Source: an uncultured Candidatus Sumerlaeota bacterium
GTDB taxonomy: Bacteria > Sumerlaeota > Sumerlaeia > MVZB01 > JAJFLK01
DNA: 64,000 nt
NCBI GenBank assembly: GCA_964463045.1
Contig: CAYXAU010000018.1
Location: forward strand, 4,443-68,442
Direction of reading: 5' to 3'
The notes under the pieces are model-generated. The model was not told the DNA's origin. It worked only from the letters and a program-made list of their open reading frames with translations, and ran no database searches. Both the position numbers and the translations under genes were made by a program. How positions within the stretch are numbered: the first letter of the stretch is position 1; each line of letters opens with the position of its first letter. Of this stretch, positions 28,665 to 37,681 are shown one piece after another.

Positions 28665-31600
28665 ATGCGACGCAATGGTATCAGCCGACAGGGCATGTTC
28701 AACGTCTGGGCGATGCTGCTCACGCTGACGGGCCTGTGGGCCGTGCTCAAGGATTACAATCCGCATTGGTTCCAGCGGGGCAATTGGAAGAAGTTTCAGG
28801 TGGCCTTCCGCGAGTTAACCCTTGGGCGCGCGCAGGAGGCCATCGAGAAGGAGAACGCGAAGATCGAGGCGGTCTACCAGGAGCGCCTGGCGGAGCTGGA
28901 CCGGAAGATCCGGGAGGTCACCGACGCCGCGCGCAGCGTCAATCAGGAGGAGCTGATCCAGGCCAAGCGCCGCGAGATCGACGAGCTGACGCGCCTGGAA
29001 TACGAGAAGAATCAGGCCCTCTCCTTCGCCAAGAGCCTCATGGGCTCGGCCCGGTCGAAGTACGAATTTCTGAAGAACGATCCCTACAGTAAATCCGTGG
29101 AAACGGAGCGGGCTCGCCAGGAGTACGAGCGCTATTTCGAGGATGTTCAACGGCTGACGCCGGCCGCCGAGGCGGCTTACGCTGATCTCAATCGGGCGAA
29201 GGAGGAACTGAGCCTCCTGCAAGCGGGTCCGGCGCCGCTGATTCGCGAGAAGAGCGCCATCTTCGCCGAGCGGGACCGATGGCGCAACGAGGTCGAGGCG
29301 ATCCGGCCGAGCGACGCGGTGAGCTTCCTGGCCAGCGTCGCCCGTGACGTGCCCCTGGCCGACTGGATCGATCCCAAGTACAACCTTCGACAAACGGTGC
29401 TTGACGGCCTTCCCGACCTCACCGGCGCCCCGAAGGTGGACCGTTGCACGACCTGTCACGTCGGGATCGACGACCCCGGCTACGACGACCCGAGCCTACC
29501 AATGGTCTTCCGCGCCCATCCGAAGCTTGAGCTTTACGTTGGGCCGAAGTCCCCGCATCCACTGGAGCAGTTGGGCTGCACCTCCTGTCACCTGGGCCGC
29601 GGCTACGGGACGACGTTCAAACTGGCCGCCCACACGCCGGACACGGAGGAACAGGCCACGGAATGGCGCCGTCGCTATGGATGGAAAGACCTCCATTATT
29701 GGGACTACCCGATGCTTCCGAAACGCAACATGGAGGCCATGTGTTTCACCTGTCATAAAACCAATCTGGGATATGAGCTCAGCATGGCCCGCTCGGTGTT
29801 CGAGGGGCGGCGCATCTACGAATATCGGGGTTGTCACGGTTGTCATAAAATCGACGGCGTGAGCGACGACATGGCGAAGATCGGCCCGACGTTGGAACAC
29901 GTCGCCGTCAAACTGAATCCCGACTGGACGCCCCGTTGGATTTCCGGCCCCCGGAAATTCTACCCCACAGCCCGCATGCCCCACGCGTTCGGCCATCGCA
30001 TCCCGATTCGTGATACCTTCCCGGAATTCTTTGAAACGATGGAGCATGAAACGGAACCGGCCCTCTGGCAGGAGATCGAGCGCCAATTGGAGGAAGATCA
30101 CGCCCATATGGTCCGTGAAGAGGCGGCGATGATCGAGGGAATCACCGCGCTTCTCTACGCACGGTCTCGGGACCTCCCGCTGGAAGAGCCCCCAGCCGAG
30201 GCGGGCGATCCCGCCCTCGGGCGTCAGATCGTCAAAGTTCACAATTGTCTGGGGTGTCACGAGCTCCACGACGGCGAGATCCAATCCCCCGGCCAGGGGT
30301 ACGCGCCTGACTTGTCGAAAGTCGGCTCAAAAACCAATCGCCCATGGCTTTTCAACTGGCTGCGCGAGCCCAAGCGTTACTGGCCGGAGGCGCGCATGCC
30401 CGATCCCCGTCTGACTCCGGAAGAGACCAATCACGTCGTCGCCTATCTGCTGACGCTCCGCGATGACGCCTACATCGAGGCGCCACGCGACCAGAGCTCG
30501 GACGACGAAATGCTGGAACTGGCGGTGCGCTATCTACGCTCGCGCCTCAGCGAAGCCGAGGCCCGCCAAACGGCGACGGCGATGTCGCCCGAGGAACGCC
30601 GCCTGCTCGTGGGCGAGGAAACGATCTACCGCAACGGCTGCTTCGGATGCCATGACATTCCAGGCTTTGAGGACCGCGGCCGCATCGGGACGGAGCTGAC
30701 CGGCGAGGGATTTAAGGAAATCGAGCGCTTCGACTTCGGGATGCATCGTTTCGTGCACATTCCCCACTTCCGGCACGAATGGGTCCGATTAAAGGTCAAG
30801 CAACCGCAGATCTATTTCCTCGGCAAGGTGATCAGCCCTTATGAACAGACTTTGAGCATGCCCTGGTTCGGCTTCAGCGACGAGGACGCCGATAAGATTA
30901 CGACCTTCGTGCTCGGTCAGACGGGCAAGCAACCTCCCGAAAAGTATGTATACACGCCGGGAGGGGATCAGCAGGCCATTCTTGAAGGGCGGAAGCTGAT
31001 CGAGCGCAGAAATTGCATCGGGTGCCACAAAATCGGCATGGGCTGGCAGTGGGTGGACACCGATGAGCACGGCTTTGACGAGGATCTCGTCTGGGTGACG
31101 GAGCCGCTGGTGGCCCTGGGGGACGCGAATTTGCCCGAGGGTCGCTATTCGCGGATCGCCCAGGTCGGCGAAGCCAAAGCCCAGGACAAGGTCCTCATCC
31201 CCGCCGAAGGGTTCGTCGATACACGCCAACTGGCGCGATTCGGCGAGGATTACCTCTCGATCGGAGAGCTTCTCGGCGAGGCTCCGATCGAAGTCAACGT
31301 CGGTTCGCGAGAGGAAATCCGCGTGGCGATGGAGCGGCCGGCGACGCTCAAGGTCGAGGGCGTCCAGGAAGGTTATATCAAACGCTTTTACGAAGATTCG
31401 GCGTTGGCCCCGCCGATCCTCCGGCGGGAAGGCGCCAAGGTCCGGCCGCAGTGGTTCTTCAATTTCCTCAAGCACGTGACGGACATCCGCAACCACATCC
31501 AGGTGCGGATGCCCCAGTGGGAATGGAACGACGCCGAGGCCAACGCCGTGGTGCGTTTCTTCGCCGCCGCGGCGGGCGAGCCGTTCCCGTTCGAATCGGA

Positions 31601-32111
31601 GCCCATCTCACCGTTGAGCGAAGAGGTTCACGGAACGACGGCCCGGGAGCTGTTCGGCCTGCCGGGGACGCCCGAATACGAACAGAGCCTCAAATGTTTC
31701 AGTTGCCACCCAGCGGGCGAGCTGGTTCCGACCAATCCGCGCGAGAACTGGGGCCCGAACCTTTACCTGGCTCAGGAACGGCTGAAGTTCTCATTCATTC
31801 GATCCTGGTTGCGCAACCCCCAGGCGTGGTCGCCCGGCACGCGGATGCCGAACATATTCTACGACTATAGCGATCCGGACGGCGTCGTCGAACTGCGGCC
31901 CGATGGCGAGCGCCAGATCGTCGCCTTGGCCGAGATGTTGCATTACCTGCCCAACCTCGAGGAGGTTCGCCTGGCAGCCCAGGCGGAGGCCGAACGGCGC
32001 AAAACGGCCGTCGAGACCGGGCCGGGGGAAGTGTTTGAAGAAGATGACGGGGCCGAAGTCTTCGAGGAGGACGAAGAACCCGAGGTTTTCGAAGAAGACG
32101 GCGGAGTCTAA
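28665..32111 (+). CDS. large multihaem (8 CxxCH) c-type cytochrome subunit of the bc complex
   Basis: N-terminal TM anchor; CTTCH, CTSCH, CFTCH, CHGCH, CLGCH, CFGCH, CIGCH, CFSCH motifs; acidic C-terminal tail. Confidence 0.8.
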   Translation: MRRNGISRQGMFNVWAMLLTLTGLWAVLKDYNPHWFQRGNWKKFQVAFRELTLGRAQEAIEKENAKIEAVYQERLAELDRKIREVTDAARSVNQEELIQAKRREIDELTRLEYEKNQALSFAKSLMGSARSKYEFLKNDPYSKSVETERARQEYERYFEDVQRLTPAAEAAYADLNRAKEELSLLQAGPAPLIREKSAIFAERDRWRNEVEAIRPSDAVSFLASVARDVPLADWIDPKYNLRQTVLDGLPDLTGAPKVDRCTTCHVGIDDPGYDDPSLPMVFRAHPKLELYVGPKSPHPLEQLGCTSCHLGRGYGTTFKLAAHTPDTEEQATEWRRRYGWKDLHYWDYPMLPKRNMEAMCFTCHKTNLGYELSMARSVFEGRRIYEYRGCHGCHKIDGVSDDMAKIGPTLEHVAVKLNPDWTPRWISGPRKFYPTARMPHAFGHRIPIRDTFPEFFETMEHETEPALWQEIERQLEEDHAHMVREEAAMIEGITALLYARSRDLPLEEPPAEAGDPALGRQIVKVHNCLGCHELHDGEIQSPGQGYAPDLSKVGSKTNRPWLFNWLREPKRYWPEARMPDPRLTPEETNHVVAYLLTLRDDAYIEAPRDQSSDDEMLELAVRYLRSRLSEAEARQTATAMSPEERRLLVGEETIYRNGCFGCHDIPGFEDRGRIGTELTGEGFKEIERFDFGMHRFVHIPHFRHEWVRLKVKQPQIYFLGKVISPYEQTLSMPWFGFSDEDADKITTFVLGQTGKQPPEKYVYTPGGDQQAILEGRKLIERRNCIGCHKIGMGWQWVDTDEHGFDEDLVWVTEPLVALGDANLPEGRYSRIAQVGEAKAQDKVLIPAEGFVDTRQLARFGEDYLSIGELLGEAPIEVNVGSREEIRVAMERPATLKVEGVQEGYIKRFYEDSALAPPILRREGAKVRPQWFFNFLKHVTDIRNHIQVRMPQWEWNDAEANAVVRFFAAAAGEPFPFESEPISPLSEEVHGTTARELFGLPGTPEYEQSLKCFSCHPAGELVPTNPRENWGPNLYLAQERLKFSFIRSWLRNPQAWSPGTRMPNIFYDYSDPDGVVELRPDGERQIVALAEMLHYLPNLEEVRLAAQAEAERRKTAVETGPGEVFEEDDGAEVFEEDEEPEVFEEDGGV

Positions 32112-32170
32112 CTTCGGGGAAGGTCGGTCCCTCGCCGGGACGGTCGGCTGCGGCAATGCTCCGCTAAAAC

Positions 32171-32220
32171 GACGCCCGCGGGAGTCGCCCAGGTGGCTCG
32201 ACCCGCGGGCGTCATTTCAT
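32171..32220 (+). terminator. compound GC hairpin (gacgcccgcggg ... cccgcgggcgtc) followed by atttcat, candidate terminator of the bc operon
   Basis: 12 bp perfect stem with structured 20 nt loop, 60 nt after the stop codon; weak T-tract. Confidence 0.35.
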
Positions 32221-32406
32221 GAAATCGGTGGGCTGGGGGGATTAACGGAGAACCGCTCCGTTCGATCCCGAGCCACGTTCTCGGCGGAGCGGACTACGTT
32301 CCAGCCACCTCGCCGTCCACGGATTGATTCATAGCTGGACCACCTCCTTTCTCGGCGTTGGAAGCACGATGCGCGAGCGGAGCCGCAGCGTCAAGCGCTT
32401 TTCCGG

Positions 32407-32436
32407 TTGGGCCCCGCCGGCTGTTTTCCTTATAAT
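32407..32436 (+). promoter_or_regulatory. sigma-70-like promoter TTGGGC, 18 nt spacer, TATAAT (perfect -10) immediately before the sppA start codon
   Basis: perfect TATAAT at 32431-32436 in a high-GC context; ATG at 32444. Confidence 0.3.
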
Positions 32437-32443
32437 TCGGCCG

Positions 32444-33694
32444 ATGGACCGGGCCGAGGGGCCACGGCCCGTCGGGAGGAGACCCAGCAAGACGATGAAT
32501 CAGGAATTCGGCGATCCCGCGGCGGGGCATGGCCCAGGCGAGCGCCCGCCGCTCAGGCTTTCGCCCGGCATTCCCACCGGCGGCGGCGAGTTCTCCGACT
32601 CAGGGGCCTCGCGGGGGCGGCCTTCGGAGGCGGGTTGGACTCGATCGGGCGAGGGCGGACCCGGCTTTCCGCCGCCGCGCCGGCCTGAACGGCGGAGATC
32701 ACGGTTCTGGTCCGTCCTCGTGGGCCTGATGATCGTCATCGGCCTGGGGGGGCTCGCGCTGCTGATCCTCGTCGGGACGTTTCTGGCGCCCTTGTTCGGG
32801 GGCCGAGGGAGCGGTTTGCTTGGGGATTTCGGCTTGCACGGGAAGGAAATCGCGCTCCTCCGGATCGACGGCACGATCGTCCCCGGCCCGTACTATGACT
32901 TCTGGATCAAGACGCTCCGCGCCTTAAGGGAACAACGCAACCTCAGGGGCGTGTTGCTCCGCATCGACTCCCCGGGGGGAACCGTCGGCGCCTCGCAGGA
33001 GTTGCACGACGAGGTGCTCAAGCTGCGACGCGAGGCGGGCAAAACGGTTTACGTCTCGATGGGGGACGTGGCGGCGTCCGGCGCCTATTACATCGCGATC
33101 GCGGCGGACCGCATCTTCGCCAATCGGGGGACGCTGACGGGCTCGGTCGGCGTGATCTCGACGACGTATCACGTCGAAGGGCTGGCTGAGAAAGCCGGCG
33201 TGGGCTTCGAAGTGATCAAGAAAGGGCGATTCAAGGACGCCGGCTCTCTGTTTCGTCCGATGACGGAGGAGGAGCGCCGCGTTTTTGATCTTCTCATCAA
33301 CAACAGCTATGAGCAATTCGTGGAGGACGTCCTGACGCAGCGTCGGACCCGGCTCGAAGAATCGCTCCAGGACTTCGAGGCGCGAGCGTTATGGGAAGAA
33401 TTCCTTTTCGAGCGCCCGGAAGCGCCGGACGCCCGGAATTTTCTCCTCCAGATCGCCGACGGGCGGGCCTACACGGGCGAACAGGCCTTGCGGCTGGGGC
33501 TGATCGACGAGCTGGGGTCGCTGAGCCACGCCCTCGCCCGCATGACCGATGAACTCGGCATCGTGGGTCGCCCGGCCGTCTATGAGCCCCAGATGAGGGT
33601 GACGATCTTCGATCTCCTGACGGCCCGGATCGACAAGGTCCTTCCGCAATCGTTGAGCCATCCGAGCCTCCAATACCGCATGCTGCCTTTCTGA
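32444..33694 (+). CDS. sppA: signal peptide peptidase SppA (protease IV, 36K type)
   Basis: TM anchor then LLRIDSPGGTVGASQ and GDVAASGAYYIA serine/lysine dyad regions; upstream 40 codons of ORF have AT-rich third positions (non-coding). Confidence 0.75.
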   Translation: MDRAEGPRPVGRRPSKTMNQEFGDPAAGHGPGERPPLRLSPGIPTGGGEFSDSGASRGRPSEAGWTRSGEGGPGFPPPRRPERRRSRFWSVLVGLMIVIGLGGLALLILVGTFLAPLFGGRGSGLLGDFGLHGKEIALLRIDGTIVPGPYYDFWIKTLRALREQRNLRGVLLRIDSPGGTVGASQELHDEVLKLRREAGKTVYVSMGDVAASGAYYIAIAADRIFANRGTLTGSVGVISTTYHVEGLAEKAGVGFEVIKKGRFKDAGSLFRPMTEEERRVFDLLINNSYEQFVEDVLTQRRTRLEESLQDFEARALWEEFLFERPEAPDARNFLLQIADGRAYTGEQALRLGLIDELGSLSHALARMTDELGIVGRPAVYEPQMRVTIFDLLTARIDKVLPQSLSHPSLQYRMLPF

Positions 33695-33857
33695 AGGGGG
33701 TCGGCCTCCGGGAAAGGGGGGTCGGCTCGCCGACGGACCCCCGAGGGCGGCGGTTGGCGGGCGCGGGTCCGCCCTTGACGCGGCCGGGCGGGGCCGGGCA
33801 TCATGAGCGTGGGTTTCCAACGGAAACGGACAGACGCAGCGGGACGATTCCAGTCCG

Positions 33858-34337
33858 ATGCCGTCCATTCCATTAGCGCCTCTGCAGCCCGGTCAACAGC
33901 GACGTCAGGTGCTGCTGAACCTTAAGTCCCTCTTCTGGTGCCTTCGCCAACTTCGCCACGAATACAACATCAATCTCGTCGTCCACTCCCTGGAACGGCG
34001 TTACCTCCATCCCGATATCGCCGATTCGCACCTGGGGGACAACATCGCCTATCTGATGGAGACGCTGGACGAGGCCGATCTGGATCACATCATCGAGGCG
34101 CTCGGGCGGCTGGGGGCGAGCCAGCCGGCCGTGGACATGGGGGACAAGCATTTTGAGATCGGTCACTATATTCAGGCCATCGGGGAATTCGGCGCGATCG
34201 CCGAGGAGATCTATGGCATCATCACCTGCGTGACCCCCGAGTTGAGAGGCCTCTTCTATCTGGAGGGGCCGCACTTGATGGAGTCAGCCTTCGCGCCGTC
34301 CGACGTCCGGGTCATATTCGGCACTTACATCTCCTGA
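33858..34337 (+). CDS. hypothetical protein
   Basis: strong GC3 bias in this frame; His/Asp/Glu-rich, no family recognised; first ~40 codons low GC3 so start may be later. Confidence 0.4.
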   Translation: MPSIPLAPLQPGQQRRQVLLNLKSLFWCLRQLRHEYNINLVVHSLERRYLHPDIADSHLGDNIAYLMETLDEADLDHIIEALGRLGASQPAVDMGDKHFEIGHYIQAIGEFGAIAEEIYGIITCVTPELRGLFYLEGPHLMESAFAPSDVRVIFGTYIS

Positions 34338-34352
34338 GGCCCCCGCGCCGGC

Positions 34353-35255
34353 ATGGACCCTGCCCGGCAGGCCCTTCTCCGCTACGTCGAGTTTCTAGGC
34401 GAGTGCGGGAATCTCTACCTGGAGTCGAGGCCGATCCCAGAAGCCCCGGCGACCTCGACGTTCATCGGACAAACTCAAGCCGCCGCGTCGAAGGCGGAGC
34501 TGCCGGCGAAGAGCCCAGGCCGGCCGACGGCGCCGAACCCCGCGCCAAGGCCCTCAAGGACGCCCGCATCGGCGCCCGGGACGCAGACCGATTTTCTCCA
34601 GACGCCGGCGGAGGAGCCGGCCCTGGGCGGGAGGGAACTCGACGAGCCGGAACGACGACGGCGCGCCGAGGACGCGATGAAAGCCGTGGCCGATTGCCGG
34701 CGCTGCGTCCTCTGCCGCGAACGGACGCAAACGGTCTACGGAGACGGCAGCCTGATGGCGCGGATCGTCTTCGTCGGCGAGGCCCCGGGGGTGGAGGAAG
34801 ATCGGACGGGGGTGCCCTTCGTCGGGCGCGCCGGACAGCTCCTGACCAGGATGATCGAGGCGATCGGCTTCAAGCGGTCTCAAGTCTACATCTGCAACAC
34901 CATCAAGTGTCGCCCGCCGGGGAACCGGGACCCGCTGCCCGGGGAAAAGAAAGCCTGCGAGCCTTTTCTGATCGAACAGCTTGAGCTCATTCGTCCCCAG
35001 ATCATCGTGGCGCTCGGCTCGCACGCCGGCGCCTATCTGACCGGCCTGGAAACGTCGATCGGGAAGCTCCGCCGGCGATGGCATCGTTGGCGAGGCATCC
35101 CGGTGATGGTGACCTACCACCCGGCTTTCCTGCTGAGAAGCCCCGGCTTCAAGACGCAAGCCTGGGAGGATTTGCTGATGCTCTCGGCGAAGTACGCTGA
35201 ATTGAACCCGGATGACAAGCGTTCGGTCTGGGGGCGCGGAGGGCTGGGAAGCTGA
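34353..35255 (+). CDS. uracil-DNA glycosylase, family 4, with ~100 aa low-complexity N-terminal extension
   Basis: CRRCVLC Fe-S cysteines, GEAPGVEEDRTGVPFVGRAGQLL motif of UDG family 4. Confidence 0.8.
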   Translation: MDPARQALLRYVEFLGECGNLYLESRPIPEAPATSTFIGQTQAAASKAELPAKSPGRPTAPNPAPRPSRTPASAPGTQTDFLQTPAEEPALGGRELDEPERRRRAEDAMKAVADCRRCVLCRERTQTVYGDGSLMARIVFVGEAPGVEEDRTGVPFVGRAGQLLTRMIEAIGFKRSQVYICNTIKCRPPGNRDPLPGEKKACEPFLIEQLELIRPQIIVALGSHAGAYLTGLETSIGKLRRRWHRWRGIPVMVTYHPAFLLRSPGFKTQAWEDLLMLSAKYAELNPDDKRSVWGRGGLGS

Positions 35256-35276
35256 GCCGGTCCCGGCGCGGGGTGC

Positions 35277-36458
35277 TCAACCCTCGGCCAGACGCTTGAC
35301 CTCCGGCCCGGCGAGCCGCTGGTGAGTCTCGGCCAAAAGCGCCGGAATGCGGTCGGCGTGAGGGCTGGCCGCCAGGCAAGCTCGCAGGTCGAGATCGGCC
35401 ACCTTGTCGGCCTTCTCCCCAGGGAACCAGTGGCTTCCGTTGCCGAGCAGGTTATAGCGCGCCTTGGCGTAGTCCACCATGCCGTAGGCGAGGACGAGAT
35501 TGCGCAGCCAGAGGATAACGCCGATGTTGAGGCGGCCGGGGGTTTCGTCGGGCGAGGGCAGGCCCTGACTCCAGGTAGCGAGCCAATCGGCCCCGAGGGC
35601 GTCGACCATCGCCGCTTCAAGCCGTTCGATGATCGGGGGCAGGAGGTCGTCGGCGCCGGCCAGGAGATCGAGCGCCTTCAGGTGTTCGTCAAAATCCTCC
35701 GGGCGGGCCGCGCCGATGCTGAGCGTGTGAACGTCGGGGCGGCTGAGGCAGAACAGGTCGTTGAAGACGATGGGGCTCAGCGGGGCGCAGAGTTCCGCCA
35801 GCCGACGCGAAGGCTGGTAAAGGTGGCCGCCTTTGTCGGAAGGGCTGATGATGAAGACGCCCATGTCCCGACGCCGGGCGGCGTCGATCGCGGGGGCATT
35901 GCTCTGAAAAATGTAATACCAATGAAGATTCACGTACTCGAAGGCGTCGGAGGCGATGGCTTCGAGGATGATCTCGAGCGGGGCGTGCGTCGAGAAACCG
36001 ACGTGGCCGACGCGGCCATCGGCCTTGAGCCGGAGCGCCGCCTCCAGGCATCCGCCGGGCCGGAGCGTCCAGTCGAGCAGGGAACGGTTGTTGACGCCGT
36101 GGATCGCCAGCAGGTCCAGACGCTCCAGACCGAGGTAACCCATCGAGGTTTCGAAGGCCTTGAGGAACTGAGCGGCGTCCTCGAAGGGGGGGACTTTCGT
36201 CTGGACGATGATCGAGTTGCGCGGCACCGTGGGCAGGATGCGGCCGAGCTGCATTTCCGAGGTGCCGTAGCCGCGGGCGGTCTCGATGTGACGGATGCCG
36301 AGTTCGAGGGCGCGCCGGATCGTCGTCTCCAGATTGCGTTGGCTCTCCGGCGGGATCTCCTCCGGCGGCTTATCCTTCCAGGCGTGCTGATAGCGCATCC
36401 CACCGCAACTGAAGACGGGCATCGCCAACTCGGTCCTGCCGAAGCGTCGATACTGCAT
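35277..36458 (-). CDS. aldo/keto reductase
   Basis: MQYRRFGRTELAMPVFSCGGM canonical AKR N-terminus; ARGYGTSE catalytic region. Confidence 0.75.
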   Translation of the reverse strand: MQYRRFGRTELAMPVFSCGGMRYQHAWKDKPPEEIPPESQRNLETTIRRALELGIRHIETARGYGTSEMQLGRILPTVPRNSIIVQTKVPPFEDAAQFLKAFETSMGYLGLERLDLLAIHGVNNRSLLDWTLRPGGCLEAALRLKADGRVGHVGFSTHAPLEIILEAIASDAFEYVNLHWYYIFQSNAPAIDAARRRDMGVFIISPSDKGGHLYQPSRRLAELCAPLSPIVFNDLFCLSRPDVHTLSIGAARPEDFDEHLKALDLLAGADDLLPPIIERLEAAMVDALGADWLATWSQGLPSPDETPGRLNIGVILWLRNLVLAYGMVDYAKARYNLLGNGSHWFPGEKADKVADLDLRACLAASPHADRIPALLAETHQRLAGPEVKRLAEG

Positions 36459-36519
36459 CTTGTCGGCGTCGGCCAGGGGGGCGACGCGGGCCCGACGGAC
36501 TCTCCGCCGCACCTCCGCC

Positions 36520-37668
36520 TCAATGGTCGACAAATACGCGGTCCGGGATCGGCCGGGCGGGGGGCGTGAAGGGCTCGTAGAAGAAGTTGCGCTGGCGGAG
36601 TACGAAGCCGAGCTCGGCGGCCAGGCGGGCGAGGTGATCCTTCGAATACATGAAGTGCGTCCCGGCGGCGCGGACGACGTTCTCCTCCAACATGAGGGAT
36701 CCCAGATCGTTCACGCCGAAGAGGAGCGAAAGCTGGGCGATCTTATCCCCCTGCGTCACCCAACTGGCCTGGAGGTTGTCGATATTATCGAGAAAGAGGC
36801 GGGCGACGGCGACGGTTTTCAGATATTCGAAGGCGCCGCAGAAACGATCTTTGTAGGGGGTGTTCTTCGGCTGGAAGGTCCAGGCGATGAAGGCCGTGAA
36901 GCCGCCGGTTTCGTCCTGCAGATCGCGCAGGCGCCGCAGGTGCTCGACGCGTTCGGCGTAGGATTCGATGATGCCGAACATCATCGTGGCGCTCGTCCGG
37001 AGGCCAAGGCGGTGAGCGACGCGCATAACCTCGATCCAGTCGTCGGCCGAGGTCTTCTGGGGGGAGATGCGGCCCCGGACGCGATCGCTCAGAATCTCGG
37101 CCCCGCCGCCCGGGATCGAATGAAGCCCCGCCCGCATGAGCCGTCCGATGACCTCATCGAGGGCGAGGCCGAAATGATCGCGGAAGAAGGAAATCTCCGT
37201 CGGCGAGAAGCAGTGGAGGTGAATCTGCGGGTAGTTCCGCCGAAACCACCGGAGGAGGTCCTCGTAATACTCGAAGGGGAGCCCGGGGTGCAGGCCCCCC
37301 TGCATGAGGACCTGATTGCCGCCCGCCGCCAGCAGTTCGTCGACCTTCCGGCGCAGCTCGGTCTCGGTGATGACATAGGCGTCGGCGGCGCCTTCCTTGC
37401 GGTAAAAGGCGCAGAAGCTGCAATCGATCTGGCAGACGTTCGTGTAGTTCAGGTTCCGGTCGATGATGAACGTGACCACGGGCTCGCGGTGCTTGCGCAT
37501 CCGGACGGCGTGAGCGGCCCGGCCGAGCGCGATCAGGTCGGGAGTTTCAAACAGACGGACGGCCTCGGCGTCGGTCAGGCGTTCGCCCGCGACGGCGCGC
37601 TCGAGGATCGGTCGGATCGCCGCGTCCCGCGCCGATCCTGATCTGAGGGGTTCCGCCAGCTCGAGCAT
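36520..37668 (-). CDS. radical SAM enzyme, MqnC/MqnE (futalosine-pathway) family
   Basis: NYTNVCQIDCSFCAFYR cluster motif (CxxxCxFC), family-typical length and GGxE motifs. Confidence 0.7.
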   Translation of the reverse strand: MLELAEPLRSGSARDAAIRPILERAVAGERLTDAEAVRLFETPDLIALGRAAHAVRMRKHREPVVTFIIDRNLNYTNVCQIDCSFCAFYRKEGAADAYVITETELRRKVDELLAAGGNQVLMQGGLHPGLPFEYYEDLLRWFRRNYPQIHLHCFSPTEISFFRDHFGLALDEVIGRLMRAGLHSIPGGGAEILSDRVRGRISPQKTSADDWIEVMRVAHRLGLRTSATMMFGIIESYAERVEHLRRLRDLQDETGGFTAFIAWTFQPKNTPYKDRFCGAFEYLKTVAVARLFLDNIDNLQASWVTQGDKIAQLSLLFGVNDLGSLMLEENVVRAAGTHFMYSKDHLARLAAELGFVLRQRNFFYEPFTPPARPIPDRVFVDH

Positions 37669-37681
37669 CGTCGTCGGTGAG

